Notes: generated from the letters alone by a model not told the origin. DNA of 64,000 nucleotides from Ilumatobacter sp. (GCA_051275435.1 JBNMOS010000001.1:8567-72566); one strand, 5' to 3'. Shown: positions 18,469 to 29,299, counted from the stretch's first letter. A program made the numbers and translations.

Positions 18469-19742
18469 CGTACGACCTGAACATGTCCCACCAATCACCG
18501 ACCACGAAAATGCAGGCTGTGGAAACCACAACTACGTTGAAGTCCGTGACCTCCTCACGGCTCGTTCGCACCCTCGTAGCGGGCTCTCTCGCTGCGTTGC
18601 TCGCTGGCTGCGCAACTGATGCGCCGCAAGACACATGGCAGCCCAAGGGCCCGAATTCCCAGATGATCAACGACCTCGACTGGGTCGTCTTCGGTATCGC
18701 CGGTGTCGTCGGCGTCGTCGTCTTCTCTGTGCTGGGTTTCGCTCTCTGGAAGTACCGAGATCGCGGCCAGCCGATCCCTGAGCAAACTCACGGTAAGCCG
18801 GCGCTTGAAATCGGCCTCACGATTCTTCCGGCGTTGATTTTGGTCGGCATCGCCATCCCGACGGTTGGCACGATCATGGATCTTGCTGAGACCTCCGACA
18901 CCGAGTGCATTGTCAACGTCACCGGCCAGCAGTGGTGGTGGGAAATTGACTACCCGGTGCAAGACGGTTGTGGCGGTATCGACGAGCCCATCGTCACCTC
19001 CGGCCAGATGGTCATCGAAGCCGGCACCAAGGTGCTCGTGCGCGGTACCAGTCGTGACGTCATCCACTCCTGGTGGATCCCGAGCCTCAACGGCAAGCGT
19101 GACATGGTTCCCGGTCGAATCCACACCGTTCGCCTCGAGGCCGACGAACCGGGCATCTTTGCCGGTCAGTGCACCGAGTTCTGCGGCCTCAGTCATGCCA
19201 ACATGCGCATGGAAGTCATTGCGATGAACTCGGCAGACTTTGCCATCTGGAAGTCCAATCAGACCCAGGACTACGTCTCTCCGGCTGCTGGATCGTTGGC
19301 TGCTGAGGGCGAATCGACCTTCATTTCGCAGTGCTCACGCTGTCACCAGGTCGATGGCCTCACCGACTCGAACGACGAGCTGATCATCTCCCGTCCCGAT
19401 CAAAACGTCTGGTCCGGTGCTGCGCCAAACCTCACTAACTTCATGACCCGCAACACGTTCGCTGGTGCGTCGTGGGACCTGCTCAGTAAGGAATGCCGCC
19501 CCGGAGTCTGGGACGCCGATCCGAGCACCATTGGAGCGGCCTACCTCGACGGTGTCACCGATAGCTGCCTCAATGAGGTCGAACTCCGTGAATGGTTGCG
19601 TAATGCCCCGGCCAAAAAGCCGATGTACACCGACCCGGAAAGCCTCGAAGAGACCAATGGTCTTGTTCGCGGCATGCCCTACCTCGCCCTGAGCGAGGAC
19701 CAGATCGACCAACTGGTCGCCTACCTGCTCGAACGCAAGTAA
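18465..19742 (+). CDS. ctaC: Cytochrome c oxidase subunit II with fused cytochrome c (caa3 type)
   Basis: LLAGC lipobox, GQQWWW, DVIHSWW, CuA CTEFCGLSHANM, heme c CSRCH; true start may be slightly downstream. Confidence 0.93.
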   Translation: MTYDLNMSHQSPTTKMQAVETTTTLKSVTSSRLVRTLVAGSLAALLAGCATDAPQDTWQPKGPNSQMINDLDWVVFGIAGVVGVVVFSVLGFALWKYRDRGQPIPEQTHGKPALEIGLTILPALILVGIAIPTVGTIMDLAETSDTECIVNVTGQQWWWEIDYPVQDGCGGIDEPIVTSGQMVIEAGTKVLVRGTSRDVIHSWWIPSLNGKRDMVPGRIHTVRLEADEPGIFAGQCTEFCGLSHANMRMEVIAMNSADFAIWKSNQTQDYVSPAAGSLAAEGESTFISQCSRCHQVDGLTDSNDELIISRPDQNVWSGAAPNLTNFMTRNTFAGASWDLLSKECRPGVWDADPSTIGAAYLDGVTDSCLNEVELREWLRNAPAKKPMYTDPESLEETNGLVRGMPYLALSEDQIDQLVAYLLERK

Positions 19743-19756
19743 GGAGCTGACGTCAC

Positions 19757-21775
19757 ATGGCAATCATCGAACGCCCAGCCGAAGCACCGGCCACGACACA
19801 GCGTGGATCGGCCCCCACTCCGAAGGCCTCCACCAACTACGGCTACCTCCGTCGTCCTGTCGAGACGACCGGCTGGCGCTCGTGGGCCTTCACTGTCGAT
19901 CACAAAAAGATCGGCATCATGTATGGCGCCGTTGCGATGTTCTTCTTCATCCTCGGCGGCCTCGAAGCGGCCCTGATCCGCCTGCAGCTCGCTGGCCCTG
20001 ACGGCACGATTCTGTCGGCCGACAAGTACAACCAGATGTTCACGATGCACGCCACCACGATGGTGTTCCTCTTCGTGATGCCGATGGCTGCGGCCTTCGC
20101 CAACTACTTCATCCCGCTCCAAATCGGTGCCCGCGACGTCGCGTTCCCCCGGTTGAACGCGCTTTCGCTGTGGGTGTTTGTCTTCGGCGGCGTCTTCCTC
20201 AACACGTCGTGGTTCCTCGGCGGCGGTGCTGATGGCGGCTGGTTCATGTACGCACCGAATAGTTCGGTGCCGTTCAGCCCGACCAACGGCGTCGACTTCT
20301 GGGGCCTCGGCCTCCAGATCACCGGCATCGCCTCGCTGGTCGGCGCAATCAACCTGATTGTCACGGTTCTCAACATGCGTGCGCCGGGCATGTCGATGAT
20401 GAAGATGCCGATCTTTACTTGGATGGCCTTCGTCGTCCAGATGCTCCTCCTCTTCGCCATCCCCGTGATCACAGTCGCACTCTTCCTGCTGATGTTCCAG
20501 CGAAGTTTCGGCGCCCAGTTCTTCAGTGTCGAGGCTGGCGCCGACCCGCTGCTCTGGCAGCACTTGTTCTGGATTTTCGGGCACCCCGAGGTGTACATCC
20601 TCGTCTTGCCGTCCTTCGGCATCATCTCCGAGGTCCTTCCGGTCTTCTCGAAGAAGCCGTTGTTTGGCTACCCATTCGTCGTCTTCTCTGGCGCTGCGAT
20701 CGGCTTCGTCGGCTGGGGCGTGTGGGCCCACCACATGTTCGCTTCGGGCCTCGGGCCGGTCTCGGTTGCAGTGTTCTCGGTGGCCACCATGGCCATCGCC
20801 GTGCCAACCGGCGTCAAGATCATCAACTGGACCCTCACACTGTGGGGCGGCAAGCTGACGTTCACCACGGCGATGCTGTTCGCTGTCGGCCTCATCGTGC
20901 AGTTCACGATTGGTGGTCTCTCGGGTGTCACGCACGCAGTGGCTCCGTCTGACACGCAGCAGACCGACACCTATTACATCGTTGCGCACTTCCACTACGT
21001 CATCTTCGGTGGTGCCGTGCTCGGACTGTTCTCCGGTTTCTACTACTGGTGGCCGAAGGTCTTCGGAAAGCTCCTCAGCGAGTCCTTGGGCAAATGGAAC
21101 TTCTGGCTGATGATCGCTGGCATGAACCTCACCTTCGGTCCCATGCACATCATTGGTCTGCAAGGCCAGCCACGCCGTATGTACCGCTGGACCGAATTCC
21201 GTGCGGGCGAGGGATTCTTCAACCTCGGCTTCTGGAACCTCGTCGCCACGATCGGCACCTTCGTCCTGGGCGTCGGCATCCTGCTCTTCCTGGTCAACAT
21301 TTGGATCACGCATCGTCCCAACTCGAAGACCCCGCCGGCACCTGCTGACCCCTGGGATGCACGCAGCCTCGAGTGGATCACCAGCAGCCCGCCGAAGGAG
21401 TACAACTTCGCTCGCACGCCGCAGGTGTCCCAGCTCGACGAGTTCTTCCACCGGAAGTACGAAGATGTCGGTGAAGGTGACAAGCACGAGTACGTGCAAA
21501 AGATGACCGGCGAAGAGGTCATTCAGTTCGAAGAAGACAACGCCGATCCGAACATCCACCTCCCGGCTCCGTCTTACTGGCCGATGGTTCTTGCGTTCGC
21601 TCTGCCAGTCATGGCATATGGCGTGATCTACAACACTCTGTTGATCGTCGCAGGTGGTGCGATCGCGACGATGGCGATGTTTGGTTGGGCTCTCGAGCCA
21701 GCCGACGCAGAAGCATCTGACTTCGACCCGCCGGTCGAGGGCGACGAGACGAGCAAGGAACTAGCCAATGTCTGA
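19757..21775 (+). CDS. ctaD: Cytochrome c oxidase subunit I (A1 type)
   Basis: FTMHAT, ARDVAFPRLN, FGHPEVY, WAHHMF, PTGVK, VAHFHYV, PRR; two extra C-terminal TM helices. Confidence 0.97.
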   Translation: MAIIERPAEAPATTQRGSAPTPKASTNYGYLRRPVETTGWRSWAFTVDHKKIGIMYGAVAMFFFILGGLEAALIRLQLAGPDGTILSADKYNQMFTMHATTMVFLFVMPMAAAFANYFIPLQIGARDVAFPRLNALSLWVFVFGGVFLNTSWFLGGGADGGWFMYAPNSSVPFSPTNGVDFWGLGLQITGIASLVGAINLIVTVLNMRAPGMSMMKMPIFTWMAFVVQMLLLFAIPVITVALFLLMFQRSFGAQFFSVEAGADPLLWQHLFWIFGHPEVYILVLPSFGIISEVLPVFSKKPLFGYPFVVFSGAAIGFVGWGVWAHHMFASGLGPVSVAVFSVATMAIAVPTGVKIINWTLTLWGGKLTFTTAMLFAVGLIVQFTIGGLSGVTHAVAPSDTQQTDTYYIVAHFHYVIFGGAVLGLFSGFYYWWPKVFGKLLSESLGKWNFWLMIAGMNLTFGPMHIIGLQGQPRRMYRWTEFRAGEGFFNLGFWNLVATIGTFVLGVGILLFLVNIWITHRPNSKTPPAPADPWDARSLEWITSSPPKEYNFARTPQVSQLDEFFHRKYEDVGEGDKHEYVQKMTGEEVIQFEEDNADPNIHLPAPSYWPMVLAFALPVMAYGVIYNTLLIVAGGAIATMAMFGWALEPADAEASDFDPPVEGDETSKELANV

Positions 21776-22457
21776 TTCGCTCATCTCCGAAACGGTGAAG
21801 GACGCCGTTCAAATCGTCAAAGACCATAGTGGCGACGTGCACGAGCACGACGTCCACGCTGGCGACGATCATTCCGGTGATCACGGTGGCCATCACACGT
21901 CACTTGGTCTTTCGAACACGAAGTTGGCCATGTGGCTCTTCCTCGGTTCGGAATGCCTGCTGTTCGGTGGCCTGATTTCCACCTACATGCTCTACCGCAA
22001 CCGCCACTCGGAAAACCTGGGGCCTGATCAGCTGTGGGACATTCCGTTCACGTCGGCAACGAGCTTCGTGCTCCTCACCTCGTCACTCACGATGGTGCTG
22101 GCCGTGTCGGCAGCGAACCGCAAGGACCTCCGCAACACCAAAATTTACCTCGGTGTCACGTCGCTGCTCGGTGCACTGTTTCTCGCCGGACAGATTTACG
22201 AGTTCACGGTCTTCTACCGTGAGGGCTTGGGGTTCACCACGAGCTTGTTCTCGTCGAGTTTCTTTACCCTCACCGGTTTCCACGGCGTGCACGTCTCGAT
22301 CGGCATCATCATGCTGGTTGCGATGATTGGTATGTTGTCGAAAGAGAAGGTGTCTGGCGACGAGGCAGAAGCGGTCGAAATGGTCGGTCTTTACTGGCAC
22401 TTCGTCGACATCGTCTGGATTATTATCTTCACGCTCGTCTACCTGATTCCGGCTTGA
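21768..22457 (+). CDS. ctaE: Cytochrome c oxidase subunit III
   Basis: MWLFLGSE, LTGFHGVHV, GLYWHFVDIVW. Confidence 0.95.
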   Translation: MSDSLISETVKDAVQIVKDHSGDVHEHDVHAGDDHSGDHGGHHTSLGLSNTKLAMWLFLGSECLLFGGLISTYMLYRNRHSENLGPDQLWDIPFTSATSFVLLTSSLTMVLAVSAANRKDLRNTKIYLGVTSLLGALFLAGQIYEFTVFYREGLGFTTSLFSSSFFTLTGFHGVHVSIGIIMLVAMIGMLSKEKVSGDEAEAVEMVGLYWHFVDIVWIIIFTLVYLIPA

Positions 22458-22460
22458 TCA

Positions 22461-22790
22461 ATGACTGACACACTCGAAACTCCCACCGCCCACGACGAGC
22501 ACGGTGCCGATGCGCACCATGGCCCGAGCGATAGGCAGTTCGTCACGATCTTCTTTATCCTCGCTGCCATCACCGCAGTCGAGGTGGCCGTCAGTTACAT
22601 CGATATCGGCGCGCTCTTCCTGCCGGTCTTGCTTGGTCTGATGGTCGTGAAGTTCTTCACTGTCGTGCTGTACTTCATGCACATCAAGTTCGACAACAAA
22701 CTGTTTGGCCGGCTGTTTTACATTGGCCTCGGCCTGGCTGTCTTCGTTTACGTTGCGGCGCTGTCGACGTTCCAGTTCTTCGCCGGCTGA
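22461..22790 (+). CDS. Cytochrome c oxidase subunit IV (caa3-type)
   Basis: ILAAITAVEV, KFFTVVLYFMHIKFD; 3 TM. Confidence 0.88.
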   Translation: MTDTLETPTAHDEHGADAHHGPSDRQFVTIFFILAAITAVEVAVSYIDIGALFLPVLLGLMVVKFFTVVLYFMHIKFDNKLFGRLFYIGLGLAVFVYVAALSTFQFFAG

Positions 22791-22862
22791 TTCGGGCCCA
22801 CGTGACCGACGCCGCCGTCGCAGGACTGGGCGCGCTGACACCTGGGTTCTAGGATTGTGTTT

Positions 22863-23786
22863 GTGATCGAGCAGGCCAATGACCTTGCCGCAGCGGACCC
22901 CTGGAGATTTCAGTGGCATCCCGAGGTGTGGCTCCTCGTCGCCTTTTTGACAGGCGCGTTTGTCTACATGGTCCGCGTGATCGGCCCAAAGGCCGTGCCG
23001 ATGGGCCAGCCAGTAGTCACTCGGAAGAATATTTACGCCTTCGTCGGAGCCATGGTGATGCTGTGGGTTGCCAGCGACTGGCCACTGCATGACATTTCCG
23101 AGGAGTACCTGTACTCGGCGCACATGTTGCAGCACATGATGCTCAGCTACTTCCTGCCGCCGCTTGCGCTCATTGCCACGCCGCCGTGGCTGTTGCGTGT
23201 TCTGGTGGGCGACGGCCGCCTGTACACCGGTTTGAAGTTTCTGACGAAACCGGTGATTGCCGGTGTGCTGTTCAACGTCGTGGTCATCATCAGCCACATC
23301 CCGATGGTCGTGAACAGCTCGCTCGACAATGGTCCGCTCCACTACTCACTGCACGCCCTCGTGGTATTGCTCTCACTGCTGATGTGGATGCCCGTCGTTG
23401 GCCCATTCAAGGAACTCCACATCGGCCCACTCGGCAAGTGCATCTATCTGTTTCTGCAGTCGGTCATTCCGACTTTGCCTGCAGCTTGGCTGACGTTCGC
23501 TGAAGGAGCGGTCTACAAGGAGTACGACATTCCGGTTCGTGTCTTCGGGTGGAGCGTCACTGTTGACCAGCAGTTGGCTGGCGGGATAATGAAATTGGGC
23601 GGCTCGACATTCCTGTGGACCATCGTCGTCTATATCTTCTTCAAGCGCTTCGCCAACGGCTACGGCGAGTCGCAGGATTATCGCCGCCATGATCCGGCAC
23701 CCTCAGGCGAATCTGACGATGTACTCACGACGGCCGACGTCGAGCGTGAGTTCGCCACCCTGTCGGCTCCGCCCGACGACCGCTGA
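22863..23786 (+). CDS. ctaG: caa3-type oxidase assembly factor
   Basis: WPLHDISEEYLYSAHMLQHM, DQQLAGGIMK; start GTG 22863 (or 22857). Confidence 0.87.
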   Translation: MIEQANDLAAADPWRFQWHPEVWLLVAFLTGAFVYMVRVIGPKAVPMGQPVVTRKNIYAFVGAMVMLWVASDWPLHDISEEYLYSAHMLQHMMLSYFLPPLALIATPPWLLRVLVGDGRLYTGLKFLTKPVIAGVLFNVVVIISHIPMVVNSSLDNGPLHYSLHALVVLLSLLMWMPVVGPFKELHIGPLGKCIYLFLQSVIPTLPAAWLTFAEGAVYKEYDIPVRVFGWSVTVDQQLAGGIMKLGGSTFLWTIVVYIFFKRFANGYGESQDYRRHDPAPSGESDDVLTTADVEREFATLSAPPDDR

Positions 23787-24071
23787 CGGGTCCTGGCGGT
23801 TGCATCGTCGCCCGGCATTGCTTGCCACTGGCGCATCATTGCGAGGTGATGACAAATGCCGTTCGAGAATGACACAACAACGTTCGGTGTCTCTGCGCGC
23901 CGAGCGAGGAATGCTGTCATCAGAACACGGGAGGGCTCGTGCGGAACGAATGCGAGGCGCGAGTGGGCAACGTCGATGCGTTGTCCACTCCGCGCTTCCG
24001 TTTGGTTGCCCTGCTCCTCGGGGCGGTAACGGTCAGGGCCGGGTGGCAGGCGCCCTGTAGCGTCTTGTTTC

Positions 24072-25379
24072 GTGATTGATCAACGGCTACTGCGAACTGA
24101 CCTCGATGGTGTGAAGGCCGCATTGTCGCGCCGTGGCTGGCCACAGTTGATCGACGACGTTGACCAGGCCGCTCAGCTTGATGCACGGTTGCGCGTCATT
24201 CAGGCAGAGCGCGACGAGATCCGCGCCGAAGTCAACTCGATCTCGAAAACCGTGGGCGGCCTCCGTCGAGAAGGCAAGGTCGACGAAGCCGAGGCATTGC
24301 AGGCACAGAGCCGGGAGTTTGGGGGGCGCGAGAAGTCGCTGGCCAGCGAGCACGACGATGTGTCGGCCCAGCTGAGAGACGTGTTGCTCGCCATACCGAA
24401 TATCCCCCACGCCGACGCCCCCGACGGTGTGAGCGACGCCGACAACCCGGTCATCACCGGGCCGGTCGGGCTGAGCGCAGAGTTCCCCGATTGGCAGCGC
24501 GTGCCGCACTGGGAAACGGCCGAAGCGCTCGGCATCCTCGACAACGAACGCGCCACAAAGATCTCGGGCGCGATGTTTACGATGCAACGTGGCGCCGGCG
24601 CGACCATGGCGCGTGCGCTCACCCAGTTCGGTCTCGACCGTAACGCTGATGTCCACGAGGAGATCCGTCCGCCGTCGCTGGTGACCACGGCGACGCTGAC
24701 CGCCACCGGGCAGTTGCCGAAGTTCGCCGACGATGCGTACTCGATCGAACGTGATGACCTCTGGTGTGTGCCGACGGCCGAAGCGTCGCTGACATCGCTG
24801 TTCAACGAGGAGGTCCTCGAAGACACCGATCTTCCGATCCGGCTGATGGCCTTCAGCCCGTCGTTCCGACGCGAGGCTGGCTCGGCGGGACGCGACACGC
24901 GCGGCATGCTGCGCGCCCACGAATTCGACAAGGTCGAGATGCTGGCGTTCGCCCTGCCCGAACAGGCACCGGCACTCCTCGACGACATGATCGGGCGCGC
25001 CGCAAGTGCAATGGCCGACCTCGGCCTGCCCTATCGCGTGATTGAGATCTGTACTGGCGACATGGGCCAGAGCCATCACCGCACCTTTGACGTTGAGGTC
25101 TACGCGCCGGGTGTCGACACCTGGCTCGAGGTGTCGTCGATCTCGTGGTTCGGTGACTATCAGGCCCGGCGCGGCAACACCCGCTTCCGGCGCCGCGGCG
25201 AAGACGGCAAGCCGATCAAGGGCAGCGAGTTCGTGCACACTTTGAACGGTTCGGCTTTGGCTGTCCCGCGGGTGTGGGCCGCGATTGTCGAGAACTACCG
25301 GAATGAGGACGGCAGCGTCACGGTCCCGGAAGTTCTCCACCCCTACATGCGCAACATCACCGTCATTCGGTCCGATTGA
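24072..25379 (+). CDS. serS: Serine--tRNA ligase
   Basis: N-terminal coiled coil, TGQLPKF, PTAE, FRREAGSAGRDTRG, EVSS, HTLNGS. Confidence 0.96.
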   Translation: MIDQRLLRTDLDGVKAALSRRGWPQLIDDVDQAAQLDARLRVIQAERDEIRAEVNSISKTVGGLRREGKVDEAEALQAQSREFGGREKSLASEHDDVSAQLRDVLLAIPNIPHADAPDGVSDADNPVITGPVGLSAEFPDWQRVPHWETAEALGILDNERATKISGAMFTMQRGAGATMARALTQFGLDRNADVHEEIRPPSLVTTATLTATGQLPKFADDAYSIERDDLWCVPTAEASLTSLFNEEVLEDTDLPIRLMAFSPSFRREAGSAGRDTRGMLRAHEFDKVEMLAFALPEQAPALLDDMIGRAASAMADLGLPYRVIEICTGDMGQSHHRTFDVEVYAPGVDTWLEVSSISWFGDYQARRGNTRFRRRGEDGKPIKGSEFVHTLNGSALAVPRVWAAIVENYRNEDGSVTVPEVLHPYMRNITVIRSD

Positions 25380-25539
25380 TCCGATCGCGGCGTTCCGTGA
25401 ACTCCTCGTCGGCGAGCGTCTTGACCGATTTCTGTGGGATGGGCGAACCGTGTTCTCGTCTCGGCCGCCTTCGTCTAGAGCAAACTGAATCTCGATGTGG
25501 GCGGGGCGCGGGTGGCGCGATTGGTGAGAAGGTTGAGTT

Positions 25540-26187
25540 ATGAGTGATTCAATTCGCGATCGACGCGTGCAGTACGAGACGGCGGGTTTGGATGTCGAGG
25601 AGCTCAATGCTGACCCGATTGCTCAATGGCAGATCTGGCACGACGCGGCGCTCGATGCGGGGGTCGTTGAGCCGAATGCGATGACGCTCGCGACGATCGG
25701 GCTCGATGGCATTCCAGACTCCCGAATCGTCCTGGTGCGCGGCATCGATGCACGCGGGTTGGTTTTCTACACGAACTACGACGGGGCGAAAAGCCAACAA
25801 CTCGACGCCAGCCCCGTCGCATCGGCCACATTCAGCTGGCTCGATCTCCACCGCCAGGTCAGAGTGCGTGGCCCCGTCGAGCGCATATCGGCCGAGGAGA
25901 GTGACGCCTACTTCGCCTCCCGTCCGCGGGCGTCGCAGCTCGGAGCATGGTCGTCCCCGCAGAGCGACGAGATCGCCGATCGGTCCGAGCTCGATGAATT
26001 CCTTGCAGCGACGGCCGAACGCTTCGCCGACACCGAGACTGTCCCGCGGCCCGACAACTGGGGCGGCTGGCGCATCATTCCGATCGAGTGGGAGTACTGG
26101 CAAGGCCGCCCGAGTCGCCTGCACGATCGGCTCCGCTACCGCCCCACCAGTGACACGACGTGGGCTATCACTCGTCTTGCCCCATAG
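25540..26187 (+). CDS. pdxH: Pyridoxamine 5'-phosphate oxidase
   Basis: EPNAMTLAT, FYTNY..K, RQVR, SRPRASQ, EYWQGRPSRLHDR. Confidence 0.95.
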   Translation: MSDSIRDRRVQYETAGLDVEELNADPIAQWQIWHDAALDAGVVEPNAMTLATIGLDGIPDSRIVLVRGIDARGLVFYTNYDGAKSQQLDASPVASATFSWLDLHRQVRVRGPVERISAEESDAYFASRPRASQLGAWSSPQSDEIADRSELDEFLAATAERFADTETVPRPDNWGGWRIIPIEWEYWQGRPSRLHDRLRYRPTSDTTWAITRLAP

Positions 26188-26419
26188 CCCCGCAACCCCT
26201 CCTTCCGAAATGGAGACCAATTCAACGCGCTTGCGACGACTGGTGATCTCCAATTCGGAAATCCTCAGCGAATGCCCCGAAATGGAGAGCATCTCCTTGC
26301 GTGAGGGGTGAGAAATGGTCTCAGTTTTGGAAACTCCCAGCGGGGCAGAGGGCGAGCCAAAAAAGAAACTGCCTGCACGAAGAGTTGAACGCGAGTTGTC
26401 AACCAGCGAGGCTGTTCAT

Positions 26420-27121
26420 ATGACGGGAAGCAAAGTTCTTGTGGTCGATGACGAACCGACCGTGCGAGAGGTGGTCGTCAGCTACTTGCGCCGCGATGGC
26501 CATGAGGTAGCCGAGGCCGGTGACGGCCACACCGCGCTCGAACTGCTCGATGCCGACCCGCCCGACCTCATCGTGCTCGACATGATGCTCCCCGGTGTCA
26601 ACGGCCTCGATATTCTGCGCCGTGTTCGATCAACCAGCTCGATTCCGGTGATTATGCTCACGGCCCGAGCTGAAGAATCGGACCGCGTGGCGGGCCTTGA
26701 ACTCGGCGCCGACGACTACGTGGTCAAGCCGTTCTCACCTCGCGAACTCGCTGCACGTGTGAATGGTGTACTCCGCCGTACTGCTGGCCGCGTCGAAGAC
26801 GCACCCGCCACGCTGACGTTCGATGGGCTCCGCATCGAACCGTTGAGCCGTGAGGTTCGCATGGGCGATGAGATTGTCGACATGACCCCGAAGGAGTTCG
26901 ACGTGCTGCTTTTCCTGGCTTCGTCGCCGCGTCAAGTGTTCTCGCGCGCTCAGCTCCTTGAGTCGGTCTGGCAGTCCTCGCCTGAGTGGCAGGATCCTGC
27001 CACTGTGACGGTGCACGTCCGTCGTATTCGCAACAAGATCGAGTCCGATCCTGAGCACCCGCGGTGGATCACCACGGTGTGGGGTGTCGGCTACCGGTTC
27101 GAGCCGTCGAGAACTGAATGA
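26420..27121 (+). CDS. OmpR/PhoB-family response regulator
   Basis: VVDDE, LDMMLPG, MLTA, GADDYVVKPF, wHTH TVWGVGY; start ATG 26420 inferred. Confidence 0.92.
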   Translation: MTGSKVLVVDDEPTVREVVVSYLRRDGHEVAEAGDGHTALELLDADPPDLIVLDMMLPGVNGLDILRRVRSTSSIPVIMLTARAEESDRVAGLELGADDYVVKPFSPRELAARVNGVLRRTAGRVEDAPATLTFDGLRIEPLSREVRMGDEIVDMTPKEFDVLLFLASSPRQVFSRAQLLESVWQSSPEWQDPATVTVHVRRIRNKIESDPEHPRWITTVWGVGYRFEPSRTE

Positions 27122-28203
27122 CCAGCACGCACACCCACGATGGGGAAGTCGCACGTTCGGCCGTCGACCTTCAAGAGATCGGGCACAAGGCCCATCGGAT
27201 GAATCGCCTAGGCCGCCGCTTCCTCGGCGCGAATCTCGCCGTCCTCGGCGTAGCGATCTTGATGATTGCCGTTGCGGCCAACGAAATGTTTATCAATGAC
27301 CACGACCGGCGGCTCCTCATGTGGGTGCTGGTGCCAGCGGTCCTGAGTGCGGCGATGGTCGCAATGCTGATGGCGCGTCCCGTCGCACGCGATGCGAAGC
27401 GCATCTGTGACGCGGCGATGCGCGTGGCGGACGGCGACCTCACCGCCCGGACCGGCGTGGTCCGCAACGATGAACTGGGTGAGGCCGCCGAGATGTTCGA
27501 TGTGATGGTCGACCGCCTGAATGCCATCGAGACCGAACGCTCGTTGATGCTGTCGTCGATCTCTCACGACCTCCGTACGCCGCTTGCAGCGTTGCGTGCC
27601 GCCGTCGAGGCGATTCGTGACGGTGTCGCCGATGACCCGGATCTCTACCTTGCGGGCATGGAACGTCAGGTGCGGGCACTGACCTTCCTGGTCGACGACC
27701 TGCAGCTCCACACGCGTCTGGTGAGTGGCACCTTGCAGCTCAGCCGTGCTCGCATCGATCTCACCGAACTCGCTGACGAATCAATGGAAATCGTTCGCCC
27801 GCTCGCCGAGAGTCGGGCTATCAAGTTGCTACTCGAAGCAACGCAACGGGTGATGGTCGATGCCGACGGATCGCAGCTCGCTCGTGTGATCCGCAACCTG
27901 CTCGACAACGCCATCCGCCATGCCCCTGATGGTTCGGTCGTGCTGGTACAGGTTGTCGGAAACGAAAGCAGCGTGACGCTGCGGGTCCACGACGAAGGCC
28001 TCGGATTTCCCGACGAGTTCCGGGACCGTGCCTTTGAGCCGTTTACCCGAGCCGATCCGGCGCGGGACACGCGGACTGGCACCGCTGGCCTTGGCCTGTC
28101 GATCGCCCGGGGCATCGTCGCTGCGCACGACGGCACCGTTGTGCTCGGCGACGGTCCTGGTGGTGACGTGCGAATCTCCCTGCCGATTCCGTTCGCCAGC
28201 TAG
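27118..28203 (+). CDS. HAMP-domain sensor histidine kinase
   Basis: 2 TM, HAMP, SHDLRTPL, NLLDNA, DEGLG, GLGLSI. Confidence 0.93.
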   Translation: MTSTHTHDGEVARSAVDLQEIGHKAHRMNRLGRRFLGANLAVLGVAILMIAVAANEMFINDHDRRLLMWVLVPAVLSAAMVAMLMARPVARDAKRICDAAMRVADGDLTARTGVVRNDELGEAAEMFDVMVDRLNAIETERSLMLSSISHDLRTPLAALRAAVEAIRDGVADDPDLYLAGMERQVRALTFLVDDLQLHTRLVSGTLQLSRARIDLTELADESMEIVRPLAESRAIKLLLEATQRVMVDADGSQLARVIRNLLDNAIRHAPDGSVVLVQVVGNESSVTLRVHDEGLGFPDEFRDRAFEPFTRADPARDTRTGTAGLGLSIARGIVAAHDGTVVLGDGPGGDVRISLPIPFAS

Positions 28204-29299
28204 GGCCCTGTCAGACAACGTTCGCATGGTCTGCGGCGTGCCGCCAATCCGGGGCCGCAGAGTCCCGTCACCAACCCGGCGATCGGGGACACACCCGTTA
28301 CGCAGTCCGGTTATCTCGGTGGACCCTTGCGTAGCTCGTCGAGGTCCATCCGGTAGGCGGTCAACAACCATGTCGCCCCGACCTCATCCGCGAGGGAACG
28401 GTATTCGGGGTCATCACGCTCCTGGCGGGGCAGCACGACCTCGCCGACCTCGTCTGCCACCTCCCGATACAACGCCATGAGGTCGCGCAGCTCACCATCG
28501 ATCGTGCCGTTCGACGTCTGGCCCTCGGGGCCGACCTCACCCTCGAGCAAGGCCGGCCAATAGGGCATCGTGCCGTCCCAGCGACCAGCGCGACGGAATG
28601 GCTGCTCGTTCGGCCACCAGCCTGCGATCACCGTCGGAATCCGAGGCTCCTGCCGAGGTACGACCGGCAGTGTGACGTCGTCGAGCCGGAAGAATTCGCC
28701 GGCGAACGTCACTGGCTCGCCTGACCAGAGCAGCTTGATGACCTCGAGGGCTTCGTCGTAACGTCGTGCCCGATCACCGGGTGAAGAGTCGTCCCCGAAC
28801 CGACTGAAGTCGGACCCGACGCCGAGGCCGACGCCGAGCATCACGCGGCCATCCGACAACTGATCGAGCGACGCCGCGGCAAGTGCCAGCCTCCATGGCT
28901 GGTAGGTCGCAGGGGCCGAGATCCAGGTTCCAAGCGTGATCCGCTCCGTCCGGGCTGCGATCGCTCCGAGGGTCACCCACGGGTCACTCGCACCGTCGGT
29001 GATCGAGTCGCTGACGAACACGCCGTCCCAGCCGGCCTGTTCCGCCACGACAGCGAACTCGACGACCTCGGACATCGTCCGCACCACTGGATAGTTCATA
29101 GCCCAAACTCCGTGCTTCACGAGCACCCCCTCTCACGAGCTTTTCTACCACTTCTGGGACATCCATCGCTCGCTTCGGTGCGCCGCAACCCCCTGGCTCC
29201 ATCCGAGATCCGTCGCAATACGCGCACAAGCGGGTGATGCTCATAACGCTCAGCGTTTGGCCTCGACCGGGGGCACCCAAACTTTGTCTGATACGCCAG
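28203..29299. mobile_element. Candidate non-autonomous cassette with imperfect terminal inverted repeats, carrying an LLM gene
   Basis: Ends GGGCCCTGTCAGACAACGTT and AACTTTGTCTGATACGCCAG (14/20 inverted match), CTA on both flanks; no transposase. Confidence 0.4.
28311..29099 (-). CDS. LLM-class flavin/F420-dependent oxidoreductase
   Basis: AEQAGWDGVFVSD, DPWVTLGAIAARTERITLGT, LDQLSDGR, LWSGEPVTFAG. Confidence 0.87.
   Translation of the reverse strand: MNYPVVRTMSEVVEFAVVAEQAGWDGVFVSDSITDGASDPWVTLGAIAARTERITLGTWISAPATYQPWRLALAAASLDQLSDGRVMLGVGLGVGSDFSRFGDDSSPGDRARRYDEALEVIKLLWSGEPVTFAGEFFRLDDVTLPVVPRQEPRIPTVIAGWWPNEQPFRRAGRWDGTMPYWPALLEGEVGPEGQTSNGTIDGELRDLMALYREVADEVGEVVLPRQERDDPEYRSLADEVGATWLLTAYRMDLDELRKGPPR

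Noticed and set aside
19721-21559. 612-aa antisense ORF (also 24087-25607 and many other shadow ORFs)
   Set aside because: They mirror well-supported genes on the opposite strand, as expected from high-GC codon bias, and show no motifs
23787-24071. T-box leader upstream of serS
   Set aside because: No T-box consensus or terminator; serS has a leaderless-type -10 immediately upstream
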